Source: Mobula birostris (Eukaryota). Taken from it: 64,000 nt of DNA. The DNA lies in assembly GCF_030028105.1 (NCBI RefSeq), contig NC_092381.1:81184505-81248504 (forward strand). Direction: 5' to 3'. Under the pieces are notes generated by a model, which saw nothing but the letters and a program-made list of their open reading frames with translations, was not told where the DNA came from and did no database searches. The position numbers were made by a program, and so were the translations under genes. Shown here in pieces: positions 22,172-34,161 of this stretch (positions are counted from its first letter, which is position 1; every line of letters begins with the position of its first letter).

Positions 22172-22859
22172 CAGGTTGGGCAGCCCTTATCCAAAAAGCT
22201 TCGGGCTGGAAGTGATTTGGATTTTGGATTTTGGATTTTTCTGATTTTTGAATATATGAGATAGCTTGGGATCGCTATGATCTCAGACTCTGAATTTATG
22301 TGCTATGGTAAGCAGTCTTTGTCTGACACTTGTTCATCCCACATATTCACTTGACAGTAAAAATTATCACAGACCATTAATATAATGAAAATATAATGTG
22401 TGCAGAGTAACAAAAACAGCATCGGGAGAATACCTGAATGAGCTGTTGAATACAACAAACAATGTCAGGCTCTCAGTCTCCACCTACAATGGATGTTTCG
22501 ATTAAAAGGTTACAGTGCACTGTTTCTGTATTTTACTTTTTTTAAGGCTTTATGTAAGGTATAAGAACAATGAGCTTTGTAGACTTGTTGTGGTGTTAAA
22601 TTTTCATCAGTGACACTTAAAAGGTTGATGTCGTTATGTAAAGCATAAAATCAATCAGCATCGTAGACTTGTTCATGTCATACAGTATGTGCGGTCACTT
22701 CTCAGAACTGTCCATGATGTGCCGAAACCCACACATTGCCTGGGAACCTTCCCAGTATCTTGTGGAATTTTCCATTTATGACATCATGTCAATGCTAACA
22801 AAAATTTCAGATTTTGAGATTTTTGGCTTTGGAATTTTGGATAAGGTGTACTCAACCTG
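22172..22859 (+). mobile_element. Tigger4/MER46-like non-autonomous DNA transposon (TcMar-Tigger)
   Basis: TA|caggttgggcagcccttatccaaaa ... ttttggataaggtgtactcaacctg|TA, with subterminal ggatttt repeats. Confidence 0.85.
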
Positions 22860-23014
22860 TACTTTCATAGTATTAACTGAACACATGGGAGTTAACATAA
22901 TGTAGCAATAATGCTGCAAGGCCCCTCTTTCCTGAGCTTCTGCTACCTGGTGGGAAGACACCTTGGCAGTGGGAATTAAAAGCAGTCACACTGTAGGTAG
23001 TCAAAGTGTTAGTC

Positions 23015-23515
23015 CATAGTATAGGATAGAAACAGGTCCTTTAGCCCAACTAGTCCATGTCAACCACACCATTCTCCCTGCTGGTCTCAGTTGTCCATCT
23101 TCAACGTATAACTCTCCAAACACCTTTTCTCTATATAGCAGTATCAATGCCTCTTAAATCTTGAAATTGTCCCTGCGTCAACCACTTTGTCTGCAGCCCA
23201 TTAGCCTCTGTGTAAAGAAGTTACGCCTCAGGTCTCTTTTAAATCTCTCCCCTCTTGTATCTGTGACCTCTTGTTTTGGACGCCCCAATCCTGGGGAAAA
23301 GGCAACAACTGTCCACCTTATCCATACCCCTCATGAATTTTATAACTTTTGATGAGGTCACCCTCATTCTCCTGAATTCTAAGGAATAAAGGTCTAGTGT
23401 GATCAACCTCTCCCTATAACTTAAGCCCTCTAATCCAGGCAGTATCGTTGTCAACATCTTGTACACCCAGCCCACCTTTCCTAATAACAGGATGACCAAA
23501 ACTGTATACAATGTC
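23015..23515 (-). mobile_element. CR1 LINE 3' fragment
   Basis: LPGLEGLSYRERL..LDLYSLE.RRMR remnant and CR1 tail. Confidence 0.8.
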
Positions 23516-24705
23516 CTGTGACTGGTGGTATGCCACAGGAAATGGTGCTGAGTATGTTGTTGTTATGCATCTATATTAACAATCTGGATGATAGTGTGGT
23601 AAACTGGACCAACAAGTTTCTGGATGACCAAGATTGGGGATCTTATGGACAGTGAGGAAGATTATCAAAGCTTGTAGCAGGATCTGGGCCAGTTGGAAAA
23701 GTGGGCTGAAAAATGACAGATGGAATTTAATTCAGACAAGCCTGAGGTGTTTCACTTTTGGGAGGACCAACCAAGGTAGGTCTTATATAAGTGAGTGTTT
23801 GGACATTGAGGTGTAAAGTAGAACAGAGGGATCTGGGAATATAGATCAATAATTCCTTGAAAGTGGTGGAGAGAGATGGGCTTATAAAGAAAGCTTTTGG
23901 CATATTGGCCTTCATAAATAAAATGTATTGAGTACAGGAGTTGGGATGTTATATTGAAGTTGTATAGGACATTGGTGAGGCCTAATTTGAAATATAGTGA
24001 GCAGTTTTGGTTACCTTCCTACAGTAAAGATATAAATAAGATTGATAGAGAACAGAGACTTGAGGACCTCAGTTATAGAGAAAGTTTGACTAGGTTACGA
24101 CTTTATTCCCTGGAATGCAGAAGATTGAGGTGAGACTTGACAGGGGTATACAAAATGATGAGGGTATAGATACGGCAAATGCAAACAAGCTTCTTCCACT
24201 GAGCAACAAACACAAGATGCTGGAGCAGCTCAGCAGGTCAGGCAGTGTCTCTGAAAAAGAATAAACAGTCAATGTTTCAAGCCGAGACCCTTCATCAGTT
24301 TACTCTTTTCCATAGATGCCGCCTGACTTGCTGAGTTCCTCCGGCATTACGTTTGGGTCGCTTGCATTTCCAGCATCCGCAGATTTTCTCGTCTTTTTCC
24401 ACCGAGGTTTGGTGAGGCTACAACTAAATGTCGTGGGTTAAGGGTGAAAGGTGAAATATTTGAGGGAAACATGAGTTGGAACATCTTCACTCAGAGGTGG
24501 TGAGTGTGTAGAATGAGCTGCTGGTTCAAGTGGTGGATCCATGGTCGATTTCAACATCGAAGTGAAATTCAGATTGGTACATGGATGGCAGGGATATGGA
24601 GGGTGAAGGTCTGGTTGCAGATCAATGGGACTAGGCAGATTAATAGTTCAGCGTGGACTAGATTGGCTGAGGTTTCTGTGTTGTAGTGTTCTATGACTCT
24701 ATGAC
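23515..24705 (+). mobile_element. CR1 LINE RT to 3' end (decayed), with a Penelope fold-back insert
   Basis: Remnants VTGGMPQ..YINNLD..KFLDDQ, ending in the CR1 tail ttctatgactctatg. Confidence 0.85.
24204..24392 (+). mobile_element. Fold-back Penelope-derived element with a 14-bp TSD; hammerhead-like core on the minus strand at 24266-24298
   Basis: TSD cttcttccactgag (24190-24203) / ctttttccaccgag (24393-24406). Minus strand reads ctgatga-agggtctcggctt-gaaacattgactg. Confidence 0.8.
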
Positions 24706-24714
24706 AAAAAATAC

Positions 24715-25590
24715 ACTATTACCATCAGCAAACTTACAAATCGTGCCATGTATAGTCAAATCCAAATCATTTACATACATAATGAATAACGGAGGTCCCA
24801 GCCCTGGCCCCTTGGGCACAGGTCTTCAGAGAATTGACATTCAACCGTCACATATTGCTTCCTGTCATTGAACTAATTCTTAACCCACCTTGTTAGCTCC
24901 CTGAGTACCATGCAACTTAACCTTCCACATCAACCTGTCATGCGTGACCTTGTCGATATAAACATCAGCTGCCCTGCCTTCATCTATCCCATAAATTATC
25001 TCTTGGCAGAACTACAAAAAGCTCATCAGACATGACCTCGCATGCATAAAGCATGCTGACTATCTCTGATCAGACCAGGACTATCCAAACTGATGGTAGA
25101 TCTTGTCCCTGTAATTCCATAGAGTAACCTGTAGTTCCCTGGCTCGTCCTTGCTACCCTTCTTGAACAATGGAATAACTCCTGTCATCCTCCAGTCTTCT
25201 GGAACTTTGCCAATGGGTAATAATGGAACAAATATCACTATGAAGGTCTCAGTGATTCCTTCCCTGGCCTTCCATAAGGTCTGGTGGTGCACCTGGTTAG
25301 GTACCAAGTCATTGGGTACATTTAATGTGGAGGTTGCTAGGTTCTTGATTAGTCAGGGCATCAAAGGTTATGGGGAGAAGTCAGAAGAATGGGGTTGAGA
25401 GGGATAATAGATCAGGCATGATGAAATGGTGCAGCAGACTCAAAAGGCTGACTGGCCTAATACTGCTCCTACGTCTTATGGTATTACAGTACCAAGGATT
25501 CATCCACCTTAATGTGCTTCAAGGCTGCAAATACCCCCTTTCTTGTAACATGCATATAATCCAAGACTTCACTTCTTATTACCCTCATTT
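24715..25590 (-). mobile_element. Decayed CR1 fragments, with a plus-strand CR1 3' end nested at ~25295-25480
   Basis: VPEDWRMTGVIPLFKKGSKDEPGNYR in ORF 25026-25307. Confidence 0.75.
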
Positions 25591-26220
25591 ATTGTATTCG
25601 TGAAGTAGGATTCCGTGCACAATCCTGATTTGATGGAGACAGCCGTGAGAAGCACGGAGGAACATCTGGAGAAACTTCTGAAATGCCCACTTCGCTGCCG
25701 CTGCTACTGTGTGATCGAGAATCTCTGGAGAGGAAGGCCCCAAATCCTTGGCTTTGCCTATTGTCTGTTACCGGGGCCGGGGTCGAAGTGTGTGGCAGAG
25801 ATGGTGCTCGGTGCTCGGTGTCGGAGGGCTGGTTGGAGGCTCGAAGTTTCTGGATGGACTCAAGAGTCAGCTGTGGTCGGGTGCTTCCAGGGTGCTGCAT
25901 CGGCAAGTTTGCGGCGCTGGAAGCTCATGGCAGGAACAGAGTTTCTCTTCCTTCTACCATCTGCGTGAGATGATGGGACTTTCAAGAGACTTCGAGACTT
26001 TTTTTTACCGTGCCCATGGTCTATTCTTTATCAAATTACGGTATTGCTTTGCAGTGTTGTAACTATATGTTATAATTATGTGGGTTTCTGCCAGTTTTTC
26101 AGTCTTGGTTTGTCTTGTGTTTCTGTGATATCATTCTGGAGGAACATTGTATCATTTCTTAATGCATGCATTACTAAATGACAATAAAAGAGGACTGCGT
26201 GTCCTCATAATCTAATCTAA
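25590..26220 (+). mobile_element. CpG-rich (young) non-autonomous retroposon with an (AATCT)n tail
   Basis: Interrupts a CR1, retains many CpGs, and ends acaataaaagaggactgcgtgtcctcataatctaatctaa. Confidence 0.65.
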
Positions 26221-27189
26221 TTTCTTTGGAATCCATGATATTCACTTCAATAAATAACAAAGAGAAACATACATTAAAGATCTTGGCCATCTCCTATGGC
26301 TCCACACACAGGTGGCCGAAATGGTCTTTCAGAGGATTAAGTCTCTCACTAGTCTTTTATTGTTAATATTACCTGGGGGGTGCCCTGTAAGCCAGCCTTG
26401 TAGTATATGCAATATAGATCTATAATAATCTCCAGGAGGGACGCCAAGAGACTTGGAACAAGAACTGACATTTTATAGTGAACTGACAACTTAATATACA
26501 TGTCTGTGCAGTGAATGCATACATGCTTCACACACATGACTTTTGCACTGCATTACAAAATTGCATAACTTACATACAGATCTGTCAGGTGTACAGTGGA
26601 GGGCATTCAGACTGATTCCATCACACCAGGTATTAAGGCTCCAATGCACAGGATCAAAATAGGCTGCTAAGGGACTTTGACTCAACCAGCTTCATCACAG
26701 GCCAAGCCTCTGTTCTCGTCCATGCAGTATTTGACCTGGAGCACAGGATCTGTGTGATCACTCTTCCATTACTTACAGTTGCACTGAGTGCATGGCATAG
26801 AAACAGTGCGATATCCAGTCAAAGCTATTTCCACATTTAAAAAGAATCATTCTCTTGGCACTTAAAAAGAAATAATTAATTCTTACCGACAATAAAAAAA
26901 CCTAATAATTTCAGTCCTCATAACTAGCTGTAAATGAAATTAATCATGAAATGTAATCACCAGGGAGGCTCTTCAGAAACACTCACTAACCAAAGGCAAC
27001 CCCAGAGTATACATTTTCTTAATTTTGTAACTCTAAGGAAAGGCCAAATTGAAACTTGATTGGAAAAGGCTTTCTGCTTATTCAATTGTCATCTTTGGAA
27101 TTATGAAAGGATTCTGTCTGCAGTTTTCTTTCTAAGTCACACTCCATCCTGATGGAACTATCTCATAATTTCCTCATTCTTGCTGGGTC

Positions 27190-27320
27190 TAAATGCTAGA
27201 ATTCCCATGAAAGGGACTGCAGTGGTTCAAGACAAGAACTCCCCACCTTCTCAAGGGCCACTAGGGATGGGAGATAAACACTGCCTTTGCTAGTGTGCCC
27301 ATAATCTAGAAATGAATGGG
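27190..27320 (+). mobile_element. CR1/DeuSINE-type 3' tail remnant
   Basis: ccaccttctcaagggccactagggatgggagataaa resembles the recalled tail of AmnSINE/SacSINE and their partner CR1. Confidence 0.5.
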
Positions 27321-28484
27321 AAAAAGGACATATACTGTATCTTCATTTGCGTGGCAAGTCAAGACCAAGAGCAGAGAAAATCATTAAGAATTCAGAGCAA
27401 ACTTGTTTACTAAGAGAGTGGATAGAATGTGAAACTTAGCATTACGTCTAGTTGAGAAAACACCAGATTAGAAAAAGTGAGAGGAAAATATGATGAAGGA
27501 ACAACAAGTTGAAGAGCTGAGTGTGGAGTATGAACATTAGAATGGAACTTCTAGCTGACTGTTCTCTACATTGGCTGTACTATTTATGCAACCATGTCTT
27601 CTCCAATCACTCATCCCCAATGCAAAATAGGGCTGTATGAAATATCTGACCACTTCGGTGCAGAACATTCACTACATCCAAGCAACTACCACAGTCACCT
27701 TGAAATGAAGAGAGATATGCAATGAAGAATTTGTTTGGAATTGAACTGGCACTGTTAATGATGGTAATAACTTGGTGCTCTTGACTGATTAATCAGTACC
27801 ATAGCAAAAGCACGCAGCTAGAAAGTCTCTGGACCTGCTAGACACCAATTAAGGCCACGCACACAATGCTGAGGTTAACATTATTGTCCACGAGAAAGGT
27901 CACTTCACTTGGCTCAGATCTCTATAGGCATTGCCAGTGTGATATATTCATAGAACCTATCAACCGTGGCTCAAAAACAGCCAGCTTTATCTATGGTGAA
28001 GGAAAATAAAATCATGAAACATTCCCTGAACAATTTAGCAATGCACATTTGCTACCTTTCAGTTAGATTTTTCCCCCAACTAAATTCAATGTTTCTTTTG
28101 CATCTCAGACCTCATACTTCTGTGTGTTTCTGTTATGTCAGTTTGTGCTCCCAACGTGTTCTGGGACTTAAGAGAATTTATTAGAAGCTGCCGAGTACTG
28201 GCCAGCAACGTTCTTTGATCTTACTAGACCGTGCATTGATCTGGTGGTAATGGCCATTCCAATGTGTTTTATTTTAACACAGTGCAGATTAATATGTGGT
28301 GCACAGCTCAGTGTTTCGATCAACCAGAGGTCCGCAACTCAATCACAAATCTCAGTGAAATGTGTTGCACCATTTGTGCATAATCCTGGTTTCAGAAAGC
28401 CAAACAGTTTACATTAACTCTTCCCCTTCCAGCCTAATACAAGGGATGCTTAAAGCAACCTACACATTAATGTTCGAAGGATAA

Positions 28485-29290
28485 ACACAGGAGATTCCGC
28501 AGGTGTTGAAAATCGTGAACAACACACACAAAATGCTGGAGGAGATCAGCAGGTCAGGTGACATCTATGGCGGGGAATAAACAGTTGATATTTCAGGTTG
28601 AGATCCTTCATGAAGTCTAGAAAGCAAGGAAGCAGAAGGCAGGGTAAGGAAGTGACGGAAGGGGAAGGAGAACAAACCAGCAGATGATAGGTTGGACTAA
28701 GCGAAGGGTAAGGTAGGTGGGAGCTGGGTGGGGGAATCGGAAGGAAATGAGAAGCTGGGAGGGGATAGGTGGAAGAGATAAAGGGCTGGAGAAGAAAGAA
28801 TCTGATAGGAGAGGACAATGGACCATGGAAGGAAGGGAATGAAGGGGGGAACCAGAAAGAGGTATGAGGCAGGTAAGAAGGGGTAAGAGGGTAAGCAGAA
28901 TAGGGAATGGACAAAGAGAAAAAGTGTGAGGGAGAAAAAATTATCGTAAGTTGGAAAAAAACAATGTTTATGCCATCAGGTTGGAGGCTACCCAGACGGA
29001 ATATGATGTGTTGCTCCTTCAACCTGAGTGTGGCCTCATCACGGCAGTAGAGGTGGCTGTAGACATGTCAGAATGGGAGTACAAAGTCAAACTGAAATGG
29101 GTAGCTACCGAGAGAACCTGCCTTTTGTGGCGGACGAAGCAAAGGTGCTCAACAAAGCAATCCCCTCATCTGCATTGGGTGTCCCATGGAGGAGGCCGCA
29201 CTACAAGCACGAGATACGAGGTGAAGTGTTGGCTCAAGTGCAAGGACTGTTTAGGGCCCTGAATGGTGGTAAGTGAGGAGGGTCAGGGGC
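28485..29290 (-). mobile_element. Penelope-like element 3' part (GIY-YIG endonuclease C-terminus plus pLTR)
   Basis: Minus-strand remnants GDCFVEHLCFVRHKRQVLSVATHFSLTLYSHSDMS and EQHIIFRLGSLQPDGINI. The terminus matches the fold-back minis. Confidence 0.85.
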
Positions 29291-30296
29291 AGCAAGCCTA
29301 GCAATACAAGATTTAGAGCATTTTTGATCAAGTGGAATATTATGGTCTAACTTTAAAGTGCTAATTTCCAGAATGATTCATGTGTGTCGTACAGCGTTTG
29401 AAAAATTGTGCCCAGAAGGTTTCCGAGTCACACATATGCCAACAAAGATACAGATATGGTGCCTAAGTTTGAAATATATACCCTGCTCTGTTTTTTACTT
29501 CATTATGAAACAGGTCGCTCTTGGTCTGCAATAATATATCGTCCATACCTCCACACTTCGGTGCAGTAAACATTGACAATGGTGTTGCAATGGAAAGTCT
29601 GAACCAACAGTAAAGGTGATATGGATGAAAAACTAATACAGGAGGATTCTTTATATACCTTGTATATAAATATACACACACCACAGAAAGTATTGTACAT
29701 CCAGGCAGAATTGGCCATTTCCAGTTTGGATCTTAAAACTATAACATGGTACTGTACCATCGGTTGAAAGCGATACCCCCCCCCCCCCCACCGTACCATG
29801 ATGCATTGATGTGATGCTGACTAGGAAGGACAAAACACCGCCACCTCTCACCCAACTTTACTGATACAACCAATGACAAATAGCACTTGGTGAACTAAGG
29901 TCATCCTCATGTAATCAAGCACCAGTAAGTACAGCTTTCAGCAGATGACCTCCTCCCATTCTGTCTTGGAAGCTGCATTGTAAATCAGACATCTAAATTA
30001 ACAGCAATCACGTTAAATGAAGCTACAGGAGGAGCTAACAATCTATTCACAATGGAACTGATATTTCCTTAGATTAACAGCTGAGATAGTAATAAACCAA
30101 CCTTCTCAGTCACACATCTGACAGCAAAGCAACAGACAAGTCTGAAAAATAACCAGAATTCTCCTATTCTGTTCTCTGTTTCACCATAAAACAGGCTGTC
30201 CTTGGTCTGCAATAATATAACATCCTTGCTTCAGTACCCAACAATATTGCAATGGAAAGGAAGCATCAATGGGGAATGATTAGTGACCGAGGATGA

Positions 30297-30301
<5 letters not shown>

Positions 30302-30336
<35 letters not shown>

Positions 30337-30337
30337 C
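30302..30337. repeat. (CA)n microsatellite
   Basis: Direct reading. Confidence 0.95.
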
Positions 30338-30429
30338 GAAAATTGTGTGTGTCCAGGCAAGGGAAGATAGTTGGGTACTCTGTTGCCCCAAGCCAGTGCA
30401 CCTTCCTAGCTATGAGCAGGCTAACTAAC

Positions 30430-30740
30430 TTGTGGAGTGATAAAGACAGCCTGGAAAGAGGCTCTTCGGACCACCAGGCCCACACTGACCATTACCCACT
30501 AATCCCACAATGATTCCATTTTCACCTCCCCACATTACCTCCAACACCCCCCCTCCCCACCCCTGATTCAAAGCACTGTGGGCAATTTACAGATATCATC
30601 TAACTAGCAGCCTGCACTTCTTCAGGATGTGGGAGGAAGCCATACGGCCACAGGACGAAACCTCCACACAGACAGCACCAGAGGTCAGGCTTGAACCCAT
30701 GTGAAGCAGCAACTCAATCGGTCGTGCCACTCTGCCACCC
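30430..30740 (-). mobile_element. HE1-like V-SINE (old)
   Basis: CR1-type tail, V-domain (ggatgtgggaggaagcc) and tRNA-like head. Confidence 0.6.
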
Positions 30741-31259
30741 AGACGTTTAGACTTCATGGTTTCCCAGGCCTCTGTAGGTATTTCACTCGTACAGCCGCAG
30801 GCTGTGGCATTGATCTATTTGACATGGGACAGTTGGCAGGGCACTGAGCACATTAGATGGTGTTTCATGGGACTCTGCATTATCTTAAAATCAGGAGCAA
30901 CATGTATCCTGCACGTTCTGCCAGGAGAGGAAGCTGATTTTTCGCCTGGAATGGCACCATCAGTATATGAATGTCCTGATCTGACTGACAGCATACACTC
31001 ACTTCACAGAGCACAGTGTCGGCCTGAGAGCAACACAGCACTCAAACCAAAAGCTGCTGGTGCAAACCTTATCACATGAACTTTGTGTATTATCCAGTCA
31101 CTCATTCTGATGGCTGTACATCAGCCTCCTCTTTGAGGTTAGACACTGCACCTTGACCTGACGGGTAAGACTCTATGCGCTATTGGTCAGTGACCTATGC
31201 TGGTTCCAAAACAGCACTGATCTGTAGCCTCCATCAAACTGCAGCTCAGCTTCAGTTTC

Positions 31260-32190
31260 ACTTTTAGTTGTTTAATTTTTAATTGTTTTATTTTAGCTTT
31301 GTCAGGGTGGTTTAGGGGATTGAGAGGGGTGTTAGGGTTTAGGAACAAGGGTGTGAGGGAATTAAAGGACAGACCGGAATCTAAGTCTCCACATTTGAAG
31401 GATAGTGACGCGATTGTTGGACATCCGTGACCAGACGTCGAACGGGCAGAGGGTGTCCGAGGGCTCCCCAGGTCACTGCATTGTTGGTGGGTTCCCGAGT
31501 TGGAGTTCTGTGTGGGCAGTGGGAACAGGTTCTTTTGACCCCTTGGTTCCTGAATCGGTGAGAACAGGTTTCAAGGCCTAATATTCAGCATTCCCTCATT
31601 GGCGATTCTGAAGTCTAAGGGCTAGTATCCGGTGACTGGAGTGTCCTGGGGTTAGGGTTCTGTGTGGGCAGTGGGAACAGGTTCTTTTGACCCCTTGGTT
31701 CCTGAATCGGTGAGAACAGGTTTCGAGGCCTAATATTCAGCATTCCCTCATTGGCGATTCTGAAGTCTAAGGGCTAGTATCCGGTGACTGGAGTGTCCTG
31801 GGGTTGATACAAAGCATCGAGACTCAGGGGTCAAATCGGCCGTCTGAAAGTTGAGGCCTGTTCACCAGGGCTGAGTCTGTGAGTCTATGTGAGTCCACTG
31901 GGGAGGATAAAGCCCGAGTCTGTGGCCACTGGAGACTGGAGACCTTTCCAGGGCTAAAGGTCTGTATATGTGTGTGGGTGAGATAGAAGAACAAGACCTG
32001 TTTTTGATGTTGTTGTTTGTTGCTTCTTATTTTTCCTGTATTGTTCTGCCAAGCATTGAGCCCATGCTACGTTGGCACCAGAGTGTGTGGCAACCCTTGC
32101 AGGCTGCCCCTAGCACACCCTCAGGTGTGTTGCCTGTTGACATAAATGACACATTTCACTACATGACAAATAAATCTGAATTTTGAATCT
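31260..32190 (+). mobile_element. Non-autonomous retroposon with a Rex1-type tail
   Basis: 3' end (gtggcaacccttgcaggctgccc...acatgacaaataaatctga) is shared with 5610-5880 and 39300-39420. Confidence 0.55.
31505..31805. repeat. 149-bp tandem duplication (period 152, 1 mismatch)
   Basis: 31505-31653 versus 31657-31805. Confidence 0.95.
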
Positions 32191-32348
32191 TGCTGGGAGT
32201 GAACCTTGCCCAAGTCCATGGGACTGAAAGGTCAGAGTCAGGCAACAGGACAGTTCCCTCCACTGAACTGTGAGTGTGATTCAGAGTGTCAGTCTGACTA
32301 AAGAACTGCTGCATGCATATATTTCTTTGCAATAACCCTAAGTACTTA

Positions 32349-32875
32349 TTGCACCATGCAAAAGACTTAGGCACATATACAGTATATAGATAGCTAAGTG
32401 CCTAAGAATTTGCACAGTACAGTAGAAACTTTATGAATTACATTGTACTGCTGCGGCAAAAAAACAAATTTCGCAGCATAGCTGAGTGATGATAAACCTG
32501 ATTCTGAAATGGGTCTCCATTGTGGACTGAGAGTGGGAAGGGGGCAGGGAGAGGGGGAATCAAGGTTGGGAAAAGGGGAAGGGAGTGAGAAGCATCAGAG
32601 AGGCAGCCTGTAATGAACAATAAACCAACTGTTGGAATCAAATAACCTTGCCTGGTGTTTCAGATCTGGGTGTGTCTGCACCCACGCCAACCCCGCCCCT
32701 GGCACTCCATCTCTGCCACCTGTCCCACACCCCTCCTGCAGTGCTCCAAACAACATCCTTTGCTTCTACCAGATTTACAAACTTGCTCTCACTCCACATT
32801 GACAAATACAGGACCGTGCAAAGGTCTTAGGCTCTCCAGCTATATACATGTGCCTAAGACTTTTTCATAGTACTG
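32349..32875. mobile_element. Composite Tc1/mariner-type MITE: two inverted ~70-bp palindromic minis flanking cargo
   Basis: tgcaaaagacttaggcac..gtgcctaagaatttgcacagta at 32349-32424 and an inverted copy at ~32808-32875. TA flanks. Confidence 0.7.
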
Positions 32876-33354
32876 TATGTTTTGAAATAATCAGTATGAA
32901 TGGCTTGCAAATTTCTCTGCTCTTGATATACTTGACAATAGTAAAACCTAACCAATACAAGGAGAGAATCTGGACACAAGAGAATGCTGTAATGAGATTT
33001 ATCTTGCTGGAGTCAGACAGAAATGGTTTGCCCAAGTAACAGAAGGTACAGGGTAATGTGCCAACTACTACACCGTGAGAACCTGCAGTGTTCTCTAGAG
33101 AATAAAACCGCTAATTTTAATAATAAATGGTGTGAGGCTGTGAGGAAGGTTTGCTCCCTCAAGTCAAAGCAATGCAGCTGGATATAGCGATCTCCTGTTG
33201 CATTTTTATAAACCAGGTATCTGATTTATCTGATATGTTTTATCACTGCGACCAATGATAAAACATTTTTGGTGCTTTATTAGAAAAATGTACAGTAAAG
33301 TTTTCAAATTAAAATACAATTAATTTCTACTCATTAACTGTAATCATTATAAGT

Positions 33355-34125
33355 ATTGCAGTGACACCCTCTTGGCCTTATTTCTAGCAGTAATGAGACA
33401 GCCTACAGAGGAGAGGTTGACACCCTGACACAGTGGTGCCAAGATAATAATCTCTCCCTCAATGTCCAAAAAAGACAAAAGAGCTGATTGTGGATTACAG
33501 GAGGTACGGAGACAGGTTCGGCCCCCAATCAACATCAATGGGTCTGCAGTTGAGAGGGTGAGTAGTTTCAAGTTTCTCAGTATACACATCACTGACAATC
33601 TCAACTGCTCTGTACACACCGGCTTCGTGGCAAAAAAAGCACAACAGCCTCTCTTCCACCTCAGGTGACTGAAAAAGTTTGGCATGGGCTGCCAAATCCT
33701 CAAGACCTTCTACAGGGGCACATTGAGAGCACACTGACTGGCTGTATCACTGCCTGGTATGGGAACTGCACCAACCTTAATCGCTGGGCACTGCAGACAG
33801 TGGTACAGACAGCCCAGCACATCTGTGCCCATGAACTTCCCTCCATTAAAGACATTTATAGCAGCAGGTGCAGAAAGAAGGCCTGGAAGATCATTGGGGA
33901 CACCAGTCACCCCAGACATAAACTGTTTCAGCTGCTTCCGTTTGGAAAACGGACCCACAGCATTAAAGCCAGGACCAACAGGCTATGGGACAGTTTCTTT
34001 CTACAAGCTATTAGACTTTTAATTTCACATAAGTGTACATTGCGACAGAGTCAAATCGTAAAGATTTTTACTCCCTCACGTTGTGGGATGGATGTAAGAT
34101 TTAAATAAATTTAATTCAATTCAAT
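33355..34125 (+). mobile_element. Rex1/Babar-like LINE 3' fragment
   Basis: ININGSAVERVSSFKFLSIHITD and IESTLTGCITAWYGNC, with an (aattc)n tail. Confidence 0.85.
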
Positions 34126-34161
34126 GCTTTTCAACTTTCATTATCTTCCATTGTAAATAAG

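Noticed and set aside
31505-31805. Direct repeats as a CRISPR array or LTR pair
   Set aside because: Only two adjacent units, with no spacers and no internal region.
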